A stretch of DNA of 64,000 nucleotides from Candidatus Zambryskiibacteriota bacterium (GCA_003173855.1 PPGI01000004.1:176-64175), one strand, 5' to 3'; shown: positions 36,595 to 47,397, counted from the stretch's first letter. Numbers and translations are program-made. The notes: generated from the letters alone by a model not told the origin.

Positions 36595-36714
36595 CTCAAG
36601 TCTTTTTGTCCGATTTCTGCGTTGAAACCTCAAAAATGATCGTCACCTTACTATTAGTAAGGCTCCTCACATTTTCTCATTTCGCCTTGAACTCAATCAA
36701 AAATTTTTCGAGCA
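36592..36714 (+). repeat. Intergenic repeat element copy B
   Basis: TAGCTCAAGTCTTTTTGTCCGATTTCTGCG...CACCTTAC-TATTA-GTAAGGCTC...CGCCTTGAACTCAATCAAAAAT. Begins with the stop TAG. Confidence 0.8.
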
Positions 36715-36750
36715 ATTGAAACTATTGGTACTTTACGTTAACATACAAAT

Positions 36751-38097
36751 ATGTCGGAAACTCAAGATCTAATGGAAAAAATCGTCTCCCTTTGTAAACG
36801 ACGTGGTTTTGTCTTTCAAGGATCTGAAATTTATGGAGGACTTTCAGGTATTTATGATTACGGACCATTAGGAGTAGAGTTAAGAAATAATATTAAGCAG
36901 TATTTCTGGCAAAAATTTATTACTGAACGTGATGATGTTTACGGAATGTCTGCTGCAATTTTAATGCCCAGAAAAGTTTGGGATGCATCAGGACATACTG
37001 GAGAAGCTGGTTTAAATGATCCGCTCGTTGAATGTAAAATTTGTCATGAGCGTGTTCGAGCAGATCAGCCTGAAGCAATAGCTGAACATGAAAAAAAGCA
37101 TGAAGGCAAAAAAGTTGAATGGACCGAGCCAGTGAAATTTAATTTGCTAGTGGAAACTAAACTTGGGTCGTCAGAGAAATCACAAATTGATGTTAATCTT
37201 CGTGGAGAAATTACTCAAGGAGTCCATGTAAATTTTAAAAATGTTTTGGATTCAATGCATCCAGAACTGCCTTTTGGAATTGGCCAAATTGGAAAAGCAT
37301 TTAGAAATGAAATTACTCCAAGAGATTTTCTTTTCCGACAAAGGGAATTTGAACAAATGGAATTGCAATACTATATTAAACCTGAAGAAGAAGAAGGAAA
37401 AAAATGGTTTGAATATTGGAAGCGATTTGCATGGGATTGGTATTTTGGTCTTGGATTTAAAAAAGAAAATCTCCGATTTCGACAGCATGCAGAAGATGAG
37501 CGGGCTCATTATGCAAAAGACGCTTGGGACATAGAATACAATACTCCATTTGCCGGATGGAAAGAAGCATGGGGGATACACCATCGTGCTGACTGGGATT
37601 TAAGGCGACACTCTGAATATTCAGGCGTTGATCTTTCATATTATGATGAAGAAAAAAAAGACAGACTTATTCCTTGGGATATTGAATGTTCAGGTGGAGT
37701 AGACAGAGCTGTTCTTTTTGTAATGCTTGAAGCCTATACTGAAGATGAGCTTGGTGGCGAGACAAGAACTTATTTAAAATTTTCTCCAAAACTTGCACCT
37801 GTAAAAATTGCAGTTTTTCCTTTGCTAAAAAATAAACCGGAGTTGGTAGAAAAAGCGCAGTCAATTTATAAAGAATTGAAAAAAGAATTCGGGGCAGTAG
37901 AGTTTGATGATAATGGCAATATTGGAAAGCGATATCGTAGGCAAGATGAAATCGGTACACCTTGGTGTGTGACTGTTGATTTTGAAACCATCGAGAAAGA
38001 CGCGGGTGTAACTCTTCGAGATAGAGATACAGGAGAGCAAAAAAGAATGTCTGTACAAGAAGTCAAAGATTTTGTAAAATCACAACTCTCAAATTAA
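36751..38097 (+). CDS. glyQS: Glycyl-tRNA synthetase (dimeric GlyQS type)
   Basis: N-terminal VSLCKRRGFVFQGSEIYGGLSGIYDYGPLG. Class II motifs. Confidence 0.9.
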   Translation: MSETQDLMEKIVSLCKRRGFVFQGSEIYGGLSGIYDYGPLGVELRNNIKQYFWQKFITERDDVYGMSAAILMPRKVWDASGHTGEAGLNDPLVECKICHERVRADQPEAIAEHEKKHEGKKVEWTEPVKFNLLVETKLGSSEKSQIDVNLRGEITQGVHVNFKNVLDSMHPELPFGIGQIGKAFRNEITPRDFLFRQREFEQMELQYYIKPEEEEGKKWFEYWKRFAWDWYFGLGFKKENLRFRQHAEDERAHYAKDAWDIEYNTPFAGWKEAWGIHHRADWDLRRHSEYSGVDLSYYDEEKKDRLIPWDIECSGGVDRAVLFVMLEAYTEDELGGETRTYLKFSPKLAPVKIAVFPLLKNKPELVEKAQSIYKELKKEFGAVEFDDNGNIGKRYRRQDEIGTPWCVTVDFETIEKDAGVTLRDRDTGEQKRMSVQEVKDFVKSQLSN

Positions 38098-38100
38098 ATT

Positions 38101-39369
38101 ATGAATTTTAAAAAGAAAACCTTAAAAAACGGGTTACGGATGGTTGTTGTACCTATGAAAGGATCTCCTTCAGTTACAGTTATGTCTCTAATTGAAGCTG
38201 GTTCTGAATACGAGGCAAAGGATAAAAACGGAATTTCTCATTTTCTTGAGCATATGTTTTTTAAAGGTACGACAAAGCGCCCGACATCTTTGGACATTTC
38301 TAAAGAATTTGACGGAATGGGTTCAGAGCACAACGCTTTTACATCAAATGAGGTCACTGGATATTATGGCAAAGCGGCTAACAAAAATTTCGAAAAAATC
38401 CTGGATTTGATTGCTGATATGTATTTGAATCCTACTTTTCCAAAAGATGAATTGGAAAAAGAAAAAGGAGTAATTACAGAAGAAATAAATATGTACGAAG
38501 ATTTGCCTCAGCGAAGCGTCCATGAGGTTTTTCAAGAGCTTTTGTATGGTGACACGCCATTTGGCTGGACAATTCTCGGTCCAAAAGAAAATATTAAAAA
38601 AATGGTTCGCGATGATTTTATCAATTATCGGGACACTCATTATGTTGCTCCAAAAACTCTCGTTATAGTTGCGGGAGATGTAAACCCATTTATTGCTTTC
38701 AGTAAAATTGAAAAAGCATTTAAGAATGTTCCTGTAGGCAGAGTAGTCGGTAAGCCTAAATTTAGGGAATCACAAAACGGCCCGCAAATTAAAATAAAAA
38801 ATAAAGAAACAGATCAGAGCCACCTGATCATAGGTTTTAGAACTTTTTCTATTCGTGACAAAAGAATGACAGCATTAAAAGTTCTTTCAACAATTTTGGG
38901 ACACGGCATGAGCTCACGATTATTTCAAAAAATGCGCGAGGAACTCGGAATTTGCTACTACGTGAGATCCGGAATAAATGATCTAACTGATCACGGTAAT
39001 TTTGTTATTGCTGCAGGAGTAGACAAAAATCGACTTGACCAGGCAATCAAAGGAATCTTAAGCGAGCTAAAGAAAATTGTTGACGATTCAGTTTCTGAAG
39101 AAGAGCTTAAAAAAGCCAAGGATTACCTAGTCGGTACAATGTATTTAGGTCTTGAATCATCAGATTCACTCGCACAATTTTTCGGATTTCAAGAAATAAT
39201 GAGAGAAAAATTAAAGACTCCAAAGGAAATGGAAAAAGAAATTATGCGTGTAAAATCCGGAGATATAAAAAAACTGGCAAAACAAATTTTTACAGATAAA
39301 AATTTAAATTTGGCAGTGGTCGGAAAAGTGGAAAACGAAGCGCAAATCAAAAAATTATTTCATTTTTAA
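38101..39369 (+). CDS. M16-family zinc peptidase (insulinase-like)
   Basis: HFLEHMFFKGT inverted zinc-binding motif (HxxEH). Confidence 0.8.
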   Translation: MNFKKKTLKNGLRMVVVPMKGSPSVTVMSLIEAGSEYEAKDKNGISHFLEHMFFKGTTKRPTSLDISKEFDGMGSEHNAFTSNEVTGYYGKAANKNFEKILDLIADMYLNPTFPKDELEKEKGVITEEINMYEDLPQRSVHEVFQELLYGDTPFGWTILGPKENIKKMVRDDFINYRDTHYVAPKTLVIVAGDVNPFIAFSKIEKAFKNVPVGRVVGKPKFRESQNGPQIKIKNKETDQSHLIIGFRTFSIRDKRMTALKVLSTILGHGMSSRLFQKMREELGICYYVRSGINDLTDHGNFVIAAGVDKNRLDQAIKGILSELKKIVDDSVSEEELKKAKDYLVGTMYLGLESSDSLAQFFGFQEIMREKLKTPKEMEKEIMRVKSGDIKKLAKQIFTDKNLNLAVVGKVENEAQIKKLFHF

Positions 39370-39398
39370 TTCACATTAAGTAGTGCTATTATTACTTT

Positions 39399-40475
39399 AT
39401 GGATCTTCGAGAACAAACAATACATATAAGTGTTGGTACGATCGTTAAAGCGATTGTTATTGTTCTCATCTTTGCACTTTTCTTTTATTTAAAAAGCCTG
39501 GTTCTAGTTGTACTAATGTCTATTGTTGTTGCCTCGGCAGTGGAGCCGGCAACAAGTTGGTTTGTTAGACGTGGGTTGCCCCGATTGTTTGCTGTTATTT
39601 TAATCTATCTTTCGATGGCCATTGCTTTTGTTGGAATAATTTATTTTCTTCTTTTGCCGCTTCTTTCAGAATCAAGTGATTTTTTGAAAAATTTTCCGAC
39701 TTATTTCAACGCAAGCACAGTCTCATCAACGATTGCTAACAATCCATATTTATCAAATCAACCTTTTGTTGAAGGACTAACAAACAGCGTTAATCTTCAA
39801 GCAGTCATCGGAAAAATTAATGACATCATAACTAGTCTTTCAACAGACTCATTCCAAACAATTACTAAATTTTTTGGCGGACTTTTAAGTGTTATTTTGA
39901 TGATCGTGCTGTCATTTTATCTGGCTGTAGAAGATGATGGAGTTGGAAAGTTCCTAAAAGCTGTGACAACACTTAAGCATGAAAGATATGTTATTGCGCT
40001 TTGGCGACGATCACAGAGAAAAATTGGACTTTGGATGCAAGGTCAACTTGTGCTCGCTATTATTATCGGAATGCTCGTTTATCTTGGTCTTCTATTAATC
40101 AATGTTCCAAATGCGCTGGTGCTCGCTTGTCTTGCTGCGGCTTTTGAGATTATCCCTCTTTTCGGGCCGATTCTTGCCTCAATACCAGCAATTGGCATTG
40201 CTTTTGTTAGCGGCGGTCTCTCACTTGCTCTTGTTGTTGTTTGTCTCTATATCATAGTGCATCAATTTGAAAACCAGCTCATTTATCCTCTTGTTGTGAA
40301 AAAAGTTGTGGGAGTTTCTCCGGTAGTTTCAATTATTGCGCTTGTTGCTGGTTGGGAATTAGCAGGATTTATCGGACTAGTCCTTTCTGTTCCGATCGCC
40401 ACAGTATTGATTGAATTCTTCAATGATCTCGAAAAAGATAAAATTGAGAAAATTGAAAGAATGAACAATGCCTAA
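39399..40475 (+). CDS. AI-2E family (PerM/UPF0118) membrane transporter
   Basis: Eight TM helices with the family-typical layout. Confidence 0.55.
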   Translation: MDLREQTIHISVGTIVKAIVIVLIFALFFYLKSLVLVVLMSIVVASAVEPATSWFVRRGLPRLFAVILIYLSMAIAFVGIIYFLLLPLLSESSDFLKNFPTYFNASTVSSTIANNPYLSNQPFVEGLTNSVNLQAVIGKINDIITSLSTDSFQTITKFFGGLLSVILMIVLSFYLAVEDDGVGKFLKAVTTLKHERYVIALWRRSQRKIGLWMQGQLVLAIIIGMLVYLGLLLINVPNALVLACLAAAFEIIPLFGPILASIPAIGIAFVSGGLSLALVVVCLYIIVHQFENQLIYPLVVKKVVGVSPVVSIIALVAGWELAGFIGLVLSVPIATVLIEFFNDLEKDKIEKIERMNNA

Positions 40476-41907
40476 GATGGATTCTAAGAATCTCTATATA
40501 ACAACTACTCTTCCTTATGTAAACGCTGATCCACATATCGGTTTTGCTTTTGAACTGGTTCAGGCTGACATTATTGCTCGTGTCAAAAAACTTCAAGGAT
40601 TTAATGTTTTTTTTAACACAGGTACAGACGAGCATGGAATGAAAATTTTCCAAAAAGCTAAGGAAGAAGGCAAAGATCCGCAGGCTTACGTTGATGAATA
40701 TGCAGAAAAATTTAAACAGCTTAAAAATAATCTAAATCTTGATCCAGGTCTGCATTTTATCCGCACTACTGATTCAAAACATATTGAAGCTGCACAAGAA
40801 ATTTGGAAGAAATGTTTTAAAAAAGGCGATATTTATAAAAAAAAATACAAAGGCTTGTATTGTGTAGGGGATGAAGCTTTTGTTAAAGAATCCGATTTAG
40901 TTGATGGAAAATGTCCAAATCATCCAAATATGGACTTAGTAGAAATCGAAGAGGAAAATTATTTTTTTAAACTGACAAATTACAAAGAACAATTAAAAGA
41001 ATATCTAAACAAAAAAGAATCGGTTATTCCAGAAACTCGCAGGAAAGAAGCTCAATCAATTGTTGATGCTCTGGAAGACATAAGCATTTCTCGCGATAAG
41101 TCACGATTTTCTTGGGGAGTTCCTGTTCCAGAAGACGACTCACAAGTGATGTATGTGTGGTTTGATGCACTGACAAGTTACATTTCAACTTTAGGTTGGC
41201 CAAATTCCGATGAATTCGACAAATTTTGGACAAATGGGCAAACTCTGCAGCTTGCTGGAAAAGATCAGGTTAAATTTCAATCTATTATCTGGCAGGCGAT
41301 GCTTTTCTCTGCTGACCTACCTAACACCAAAACTGTCCTCTATCACGGATTTATTACCTCAGGAGGCAAAAAAATGTCTAAATCCCTTGGGAATGTCATT
41401 AATCCCAATGATTTGATCGAAAAATATGGGGTAGACGCTCTGCGTTACTATTTGGCTAGGGAAGTGACACCTTTTGAAGACTCTGATGTTACGGAAGAAA
41501 AATTCAAAGTTGCTTATAATGCTAATTTGGCAAATGGCTTAGGTAATCTAGTTTCTCGCGTCATGAAAATGGCCGAAGACAATTTGGAAGAAGCAGTAAA
41601 AATTGTTGAATTTGAAGATATGAATAAATTTTTTGGAATTATAAATAATTTTGAAATCAACAAAGCTGCTGATTATATCTGGTTAGAAATAGGAAAGATG
41701 GATTTGTTTATTCAGGAAAATGTACCATTTAAAGTTGTTAAGACTGATAAAGATGCAGGACAGAAAATGATTTCAGAACTTGTTACTCGTTTGTATTCAG
41801 TCGCTCGAATGCTAAATCCAATTCTCCCTGAAACATCATCAAAAATTAAAGAACTAATAGAACAAAACAAATCTCCTGGCCAGCCGTTATTTGCTAGAAT
41901 GGATTAA
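40468..41907 (+). CDS. metG: Methionyl-tRNA synthetase (short form)
   Basis: LYITTTLPYVNADPHIGFAFE (HIGH-region, here HIGF), KMSKSLGN, anticodon-binding helical domain. Confidence 0.85.
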   Translation: MPKMDSKNLYITTTLPYVNADPHIGFAFELVQADIIARVKKLQGFNVFFNTGTDEHGMKIFQKAKEEGKDPQAYVDEYAEKFKQLKNNLNLDPGLHFIRTTDSKHIEAAQEIWKKCFKKGDIYKKKYKGLYCVGDEAFVKESDLVDGKCPNHPNMDLVEIEEENYFFKLTNYKEQLKEYLNKKESVIPETRRKEAQSIVDALEDISISRDKSRFSWGVPVPEDDSQVMYVWFDALTSYISTLGWPNSDEFDKFWTNGQTLQLAGKDQVKFQSIIWQAMLFSADLPNTKTVLYHGFITSGGKKMSKSLGNVINPNDLIEKYGVDALRYYLAREVTPFEDSDVTEEKFKVAYNANLANGLGNLVSRVMKMAEDNLEEAVKIVEFEDMNKFFGIINNFEINKAADYIWLEIGKMDLFIQENVPFKVVKTDKDAGQKMISELVTRLYSVARMLNPILPETSSKIKELIEQNKSPGQPLFARMD

Positions 41908-41908
41908 T

Positions 41909-42712
41909 ATGGAGTACGAATATTTTGATATACACTCACACATTTATTTTCCTGACTATAATAAAGATAGGGAAGAGGAAATTGAAAAATTAAGGAATGC
42001 AAAAATTGGAACAATAACGGTTGGGACAAGTGTTGAATCAAGTCAAAAAGCAATTGACCTTGCAAAACGACATGAAAATTTATTTGCTTGTGTAGGTCAG
42101 CATCCTGGCGATTTGGATGTTGATTCAGTTTTTGAGGAAGAGTTGCGGGACATGGCGGGGGAGGAAAAAGTGGTGGCAATTGGGGAGTGTGGACTGGATT
42201 ACTTTAGAATCGATGAGGATGATCTGGAAGTGAAGTCTATTCAAAAAACAGTTTTTGAATATCACATTGATCTTGCACTTGAGAGAAAATTGCCATTGAT
42301 GCTTCACATTCGATCGAGCAAAGGTACATTTGATGCGTACGAAGATGCACTTACTATTTTGGAGCATCATGCAAAAATTTCTGGTTCTGATTTGCGAGGC
42401 AACGCGCATTTTTTTGCAGGAGACATGGAAATTCTTGAAAGATTTTTAGCAATTGGCTTTTCTGTTTCTTTTACAGGAGTTATAACATTTACGCATGACT
42501 ACGATGAATTAATTAAAGCCACACCGATAGATAGAATAATGGCAGAAACTGATGCACCATTTGTTGCACCGGTACCACATAGGGGGGAGAGAAACTCATC
42601 ACTTTATATACCTGAAATCGTTAAAAAAATTGCTGAAATTCGAAATGAATCATTCAATCAGATAAGGAAGTCTTTGATAGAGAACTCAAAAAAAGACTTC
42701 AAAATCGGCTAA
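41909..42712 (+). CDS. tatD: TatD-family metal-dependent hydrolase
   Basis: FDIHSHI N-terminal His pair, GECGLDY, and other TIM-barrel metal ligands. Overlaps the metG stop. Confidence 0.8.
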   Translation: MEYEYFDIHSHIYFPDYNKDREEEIEKLRNAKIGTITVGTSVESSQKAIDLAKRHENLFACVGQHPGDLDVDSVFEEELRDMAGEEKVVAIGECGLDYFRIDEDDLEVKSIQKTVFEYHIDLALERKLPLMLHIRSSKGTFDAYEDALTILEHHAKISGSDLRGNAHFFAGDMEILERFLAIGFSVSFTGVITFTHDYDELIKATPIDRIMAETDAPFVAPVPHRGERNSSLYIPEIVKKIAEIRNESFNQIRKSLIENSKKDFKIG

Positions 42713-43129
42713 ATTAGACTTACTTATCCACATTTCATACATTACAATTTTTTCTAAAAAAGACTGATTTTGTTAGAAATGATCAGGATTGATCAAACAC
42801 TTTTTAAGTCAAATTTTGAATTTTAGCCATCATAAGGGTTTTGTATTTCTATACTAGAAACCTATATAAACCTTTATAAACATTCATAAAAAAAGCAGGT
42901 TTTATTAACCTTTAGTTCAATTATAATTTGGCTTGATCTTTCTCGGATATTAATTTAATTTTCTAAAAATTTTTTAAAAATTAGCATTTCTTAGAAATTT
43001 CAAATTTTAATAAAATCAACGAAATTGGAAAAATCATTTTCTAAGGCCAAAACCTCGTTTTATGGCTAATAATAAGTGATAAAATATTATTATTGCTACG
43101 CTCGCTTTGTAGCAAAGTACCTTATTCTG

Positions 43130-46100
43130 ATGAAACTCAGGAAGTATAAATCTTTGAAAGGAAGGTATGCTTTGTGCCTAATTACATTTTTTTTGGGGTC
43201 TTTTTTGCTCTCTCCAAGTAGTGTCTTCGCTGCCCCAATGATTTCTAGCGAATTCAAAGAGGGTCTTTATAATAAAGGTTTTATTGATTTGCGAGAAATA
43301 AATAAAGTCATAAATCAATTATCAAGCAAAATAAATTATAATTTAACATTTTCAAGTTCTTTCCCAACAAGCACAAATTTTTCAAATGTAGAATCAGCAA
43401 ATATAAATATTTCAGATTTTTTTTCTTCTGCAATTTCTGAGGCAAAATATTTAACAGATGGCCAGGTTGCATTAATCAAAAATTATTTGGATTCAGTAGC
43501 CGGCGGTCTGCAATATGTTTCTAGTTCATTTAAAATTGCATACCAACGATCAAACAATCGAAGATCAACTGCCAGTGCTTTAAATTCTGGTAAGTTTAGA
43601 AATCGAGCGGCGGTTCAAAAAACGACTACAAAAGTTGCAGTTGTTAAAAACGAAAATCAATCACCTCCTGCAAAAAATGTTGCTGCGATTTCTTTCCCAC
43701 AAGTAATTAAAAAAATTCTAAATCCTTCTCGAGTGTCAGTGCCAAGTGCAACTGAACAAATTTTAGCATCTGCAAACTTTGTTACAAAAGTTGATTTAGA
43801 ATCTAGTTTGCAAAAAATCTATAATGAAATTTTACAGAAATTTTCAAACACAGGATCAGTGAGCTCCACAGATCTGGCAGCAATTTACAGACAAATTGCT
43901 CTTAGTCAAAAAATTGATAATTTATCAAATGTTGTTATAACAAATCCAACTATTTCTGGTGGAACAATTACTAACGTCACCAATCTGACAGTTGCAGCAA
44001 CTGGTTCAACAACAATTACAAACCTGGTAGTTACAAATACTTCAACATCAACATTTGCAGGTGGAATAGCGATAACAGGTGGATGTCTTTCTGTAAACGG
44101 CACATGTATTAGTTCTGGCTCTGGTTCCGGAACCCCTGGAGGATCAGATGGGTATGTTCAATTTAACAGTGGAGGATCATCTTTTGGAGGCTCGTCAAAT
44201 TTTGTTTGGGATAATACAAATATTAGGCTTGGAATAGGCACATCATCCCCATATTCAACTCTCTCTGTCGCAGGTCAGATAGTAGGAGCATATTTTACAG
44301 CAACTACAACAACTGCAAGCACATTTCCTTATGCATCGACTACCGGTGTCTCTATTACCGGGGGATTAACCCTTCCAACAACTTTTAATGGCCCTCTTCA
44401 GGCGAATGCTGGAATAGTTTCTGCAACAACATCAATTGGAATTCTTTATGGAGGTACCGGAGCTACAACTTTCGGAGCCAACTCGATTATTACTTCAAAC
44501 TCAGCTGGTACAGCATTGATTGCAACGACTTCAAACAACTTTACTATCGGATCTCTCATTGCCACGAGTTCAACTCTGAACAATATTTTTCTTAACAATT
44601 GGAATGGTTTTGGAACAAGTACGCCAAAATGGTTAGCACAATTTTCATCTTCAACTGCACCTCAGCTGGCTTTATCTGATGCAGGAAGTAACATCTGGAC
44701 ATTCAGAGTGGATTCAGGTTCACTTACAATTGGAACATCTTCACCAACTACATTTGCTACCAGCACTACACCTCAAATTTCTATTGCCAATACTGGATTT
44801 GGTACAACGACACTTCGTGGACTAAATATTAATGCTCAAGCTACGAGCACTTCTAACGTTGGTGAAAATATCTCAACTGGTTGTTTTGCTATGTCTGGAA
44901 CTTGTATGGGCATCTTCCCATTCACGACAAATGCTGGATACAACTCAACATCTACAATACTTGGACTTAACGGACTATTCTCAACTGCCTCATCAACATT
45001 CAGTTCATCACTTTATTTATCAAGTCTCACTCAAGGATTTAGCTACCTGGGATCTAATGGATTAATACAAACTATTGCAACAAGTACTCTAGCAAATTAC
45101 ATCCTTCCATTTACCTCATACGGAGCTTCAACCTCAACAATACTTGGATTTACAAATGGTCTGTTTTCTACAGCATCATCAACATTCTCATCTAACCTAT
45201 ATCTCTCGAACCTCACTCAAGGATTTAGCTATCTAGGTTCAAATGGACTATTTCAAACAATCTCAACATCAACATTAGCCAACTACATCCTTCCATTCAC
45301 TTCCTACGGAGCATCAACTTCAACAGTTCTAGGTCTAACAGGAGGTTACTTCTCAACAGGATCATCAACGCAGAGTGGAAACTTCTTCCTTCCAGCACTA
45401 ACTCAAGGTTTCACCTACACTGGTTCAAACGGATTGGTTTCTATAGTTTCGACTTCAACTCTAACCAACTTCATTTTGACTTTCAAATCATACGGAGTCT
45501 CGACCTCATCCGTTACCGGCTTTTTGGGCGGTTTCTTCTCAACTGCCTCCTCAACACAATCTTCTAACTTTTATCTTCCAGCTCTAACACAAGGTTTCCT
45601 TTACAACGGATCAAGTGGTCTAACACAAACTATTGCTTCTTCTTCTGTAAACCTATCTTGGTTTAATAACGATGCGGCATTTGCCAATAACCCATTTACT
45701 GCAATATCATCACAAGCAGGATATTCCGCTACTACATCTTCATTGGTTATTGGAACAACTACGGCTCCAGTAAACATTGCTTCTGTTACAATCGCGTCAT
45801 CAACCGCCTCTCAACTTGCACTTAGTGGTGGAGCAGGTCAATCAATATGGACATTTAGAAATGCTGGAAGTAACTTCTACCTAGCAACTACTACAACTGC
45901 CGGCACAGCAACCACATCAACAAACGCTATGACAATATTGGGAAGCAGCGGTTTTGTTGGCTTTGGAACAACAACTCCAACTCTTGGCCCTCTGACAATG
46001 AACTCTGGAGCGTATGTAACAACTGGAGGTGTTTGGACGAATGCTTCAGATCGAAATTTGAAAGAGAATTTTCTTGAAGTAAATATTGAAGAAATACTTA

Positions 46101-46819
46101 ATAAAATTGTTCAATTGCCTATCACGCAATGGAACTATAAAGCTGAACCAGCAAGCACCACTCACATAGGTCCAGTGGCTCAAGATTTTTATGCTGCATT
46201 TCATACTGGAGGTTCAAATACTTCTATTTCTACTATAGATCCTGCGGGCGTTGCTCTAGTCGGAATAAAAGCTTTGTATAAGATGATTACAGACATCAGT
46301 AAATATTTTGTTAATGATGTTTTGAAAATTGGCCAAGTTTCTACTAAAAAACTTTGTGTTTCTGACGAAAACGGAGAAACTTGCATTACACGAGCAGAAC
46401 TTACAGCACTTCTTCTTAAGCTTAAAGATTCTGGCAGTAATTCAAACACACAAACACCACCACCAAACAGTCCACCTCCTCCTCAAAATTCCAACGCAAC
46501 TAGCACTGAAACTTCTGCGGACACAACTGCACCAGTTATAACTATCATTAGCGATAACCCTGCAAATGTATTTTTTGGAACAACATATTCTGATATGGGA
46601 GCAACGATAACTGATACTGGCGCTGATGGGACTGTAAATAATAATCTCGGGTTACATTTCAGCGTAGATGGAGTAAATGTAGATCAAGTTATTATAGATA
46701 CCTCGATAAGTAGCACCTCAGTTCAGGCAACCACAACCCATACAGTGGTTTATTCAGCAGTCGATAGTTCAGGCAACTGGGGTTATGCTACGCGTACAGT
46801 TAACGTTTTACCTCAATAA
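43130..46819 (+). CDS. Giant tail-fibre-like surface protein with internal tandem repeats, S74 intramolecular-chaperone domain and C-terminal DUF5011 Ig-like domain
   Basis: Signal peptide. Four 60-aa tandem repeats (nt 44944-45660). SDRNLKENF...QWNYK...HIGPVAQDF matches the endosialidase chaperone domain. C-terminus APVITIISDNPANVFFGTTYSDMGATITD...TRTVNV matches DUF5011. Confidence 0.6.
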   Translation: MKLRKYKSLKGRYALCLITFFLGSFLLSPSSVFAAPMISSEFKEGLYNKGFIDLREINKVINQLSSKINYNLTFSSSFPTSTNFSNVESANINISDFFSSAISEAKYLTDGQVALIKNYLDSVAGGLQYVSSSFKIAYQRSNNRRSTASALNSGKFRNRAAVQKTTTKVAVVKNENQSPPAKNVAAISFPQVIKKILNPSRVSVPSATEQILASANFVTKVDLESSLQKIYNEILQKFSNTGSVSSTDLAAIYRQIALSQKIDNLSNVVITNPTISGGTITNVTNLTVAATGSTTITNLVVTNTSTSTFAGGIAITGGCLSVNGTCISSGSGSGTPGGSDGYVQFNSGGSSFGGSSNFVWDNTNIRLGIGTSSPYSTLSVAGQIVGAYFTATTTTASTFPYASTTGVSITGGLTLPTTFNGPLQANAGIVSATTSIGILYGGTGATTFGANSIITSNSAGTALIATTSNNFTIGSLIATSSTLNNIFLNNWNGFGTSTPKWLAQFSSSTAPQLALSDAGSNIWTFRVDSGSLTIGTSSPTTFATSTTPQISIANTGFGTTTLRGLNINAQATSTSNVGENISTGCFAMSGTCMGIFPFTTNAGYNSTSTILGLNGLFSTASSTFSSSLYLSSLTQGFSYLGSNGLIQTIATSTLANYILPFTSYGASTSTILGFTNGLFSTASSTFSSNLYLSNLTQGFSYLGSNGLFQTISTSTLANYILPFTSYGASTSTVLGLTGGYFSTGSSTQSGNFFLPALTQGFTYTGSNGLVSIVSTSTLTNFILTFKSYGVSTSSVTGFLGGFFSTASSTQSSNFYLPALTQGFLYNGSSGLTQTIASSSVNLSWFNNDAAFANNPFTAISSQAGYSATTSSLVIGTTTAPVNIASVTIASSTASQLALSGGAGQSIWTFRNAGSNFYLATTTTAGTATTSTNAMTILGSSGFVGFGTTTPTLGPLTMNSGAYVTTGGVWTNASDRNLKENFLEVNIEEILNKIVQLPITQWNYKAEPASTTHIGPVAQDFYAAFHTGGSNTSISTIDPAGVALVGIKALYKMITDISKYFVNDVLKIGQVSTKKLCVSDENGETCITRAELTALLLKLKDSGSNSNTQTPPPNSPPPPQNSNATSTETSADTTAPVITIISDNPANVFFGTTYSDMGATITDTGADGTVNNNLGLHFSVDGVNVDQVIIDTSISSTSVQATTTHTVVYSAVDSSGNWGYATRTVNVLPQ

Positions 46820-46865
46820 TCTTCTCTATTGCATAGGTTAGGTAATTTATGATAGGCTTCAGTTC

Positions 46866-47396
46866 ATGGCAAAACAGGCTAAAGAGGCGAAAGCGCCAAA
46901 AGATGACTCGATAACAATATACGAGGTCTCATTTATATTTCTGCCAACTATCGCTGAAGCAGACGTTGTTTCAAAGGTAGAAAATTTAAGACAAACTATT
47001 TCGAAAGCAGGTGGAACAATAATTTCCCACGAAGATCCAGTACTGATCGATTTGGCATATAGAATGACAAAAGTGACTCCAAACTCACGTCACAAAGCTG
47101 ATTCTGGTTATTTTGGGTGGGTAAAGTTTGAAATTTCTCGAGATAATGTTGAGGCAATTAAAAAAATCCAGAAATCTTTAGACGACAACGAAGAAATTCT
47201 ACGTTCACTTATCATAAAAACAGTTCGAGAAAATACTTTGATAAATGGCAAAATGAAATTGCAAAAGGAGGAAAAAACAAAGAAAACATATTCAACAGAA
47301 GAAATTGATGAGTCAGTTGATCTTGGCGAAGAATTACCAAAGGAAGCTTCTAGTGAAGATATGGATAAAAGCATCGACGAGCTTGTAATAAACTAA
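46866..47396 (+). CDS. rpsF: 30S ribosomal protein S6 (acidic C-terminal extension)
   Basis: YEVSFIFLPTI...DLAYRM S6 core. rpsF-ssb-rpsR order. Confidence 0.85.
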   Translation: MAKQAKEAKAPKDDSITIYEVSFIFLPTIAEADVVSKVENLRQTISKAGGTIISHEDPVLIDLAYRMTKVTPNSRHKADSGYFGWVKFEISRDNVEAIKKIQKSLDDNEEILRSLIIKTVRENTLINGKMKLQKEEKTKKTYSTEEIDESVDLGEELPKEASSEDMDKSIDELVIN

Positions 47397-47397
47397 T

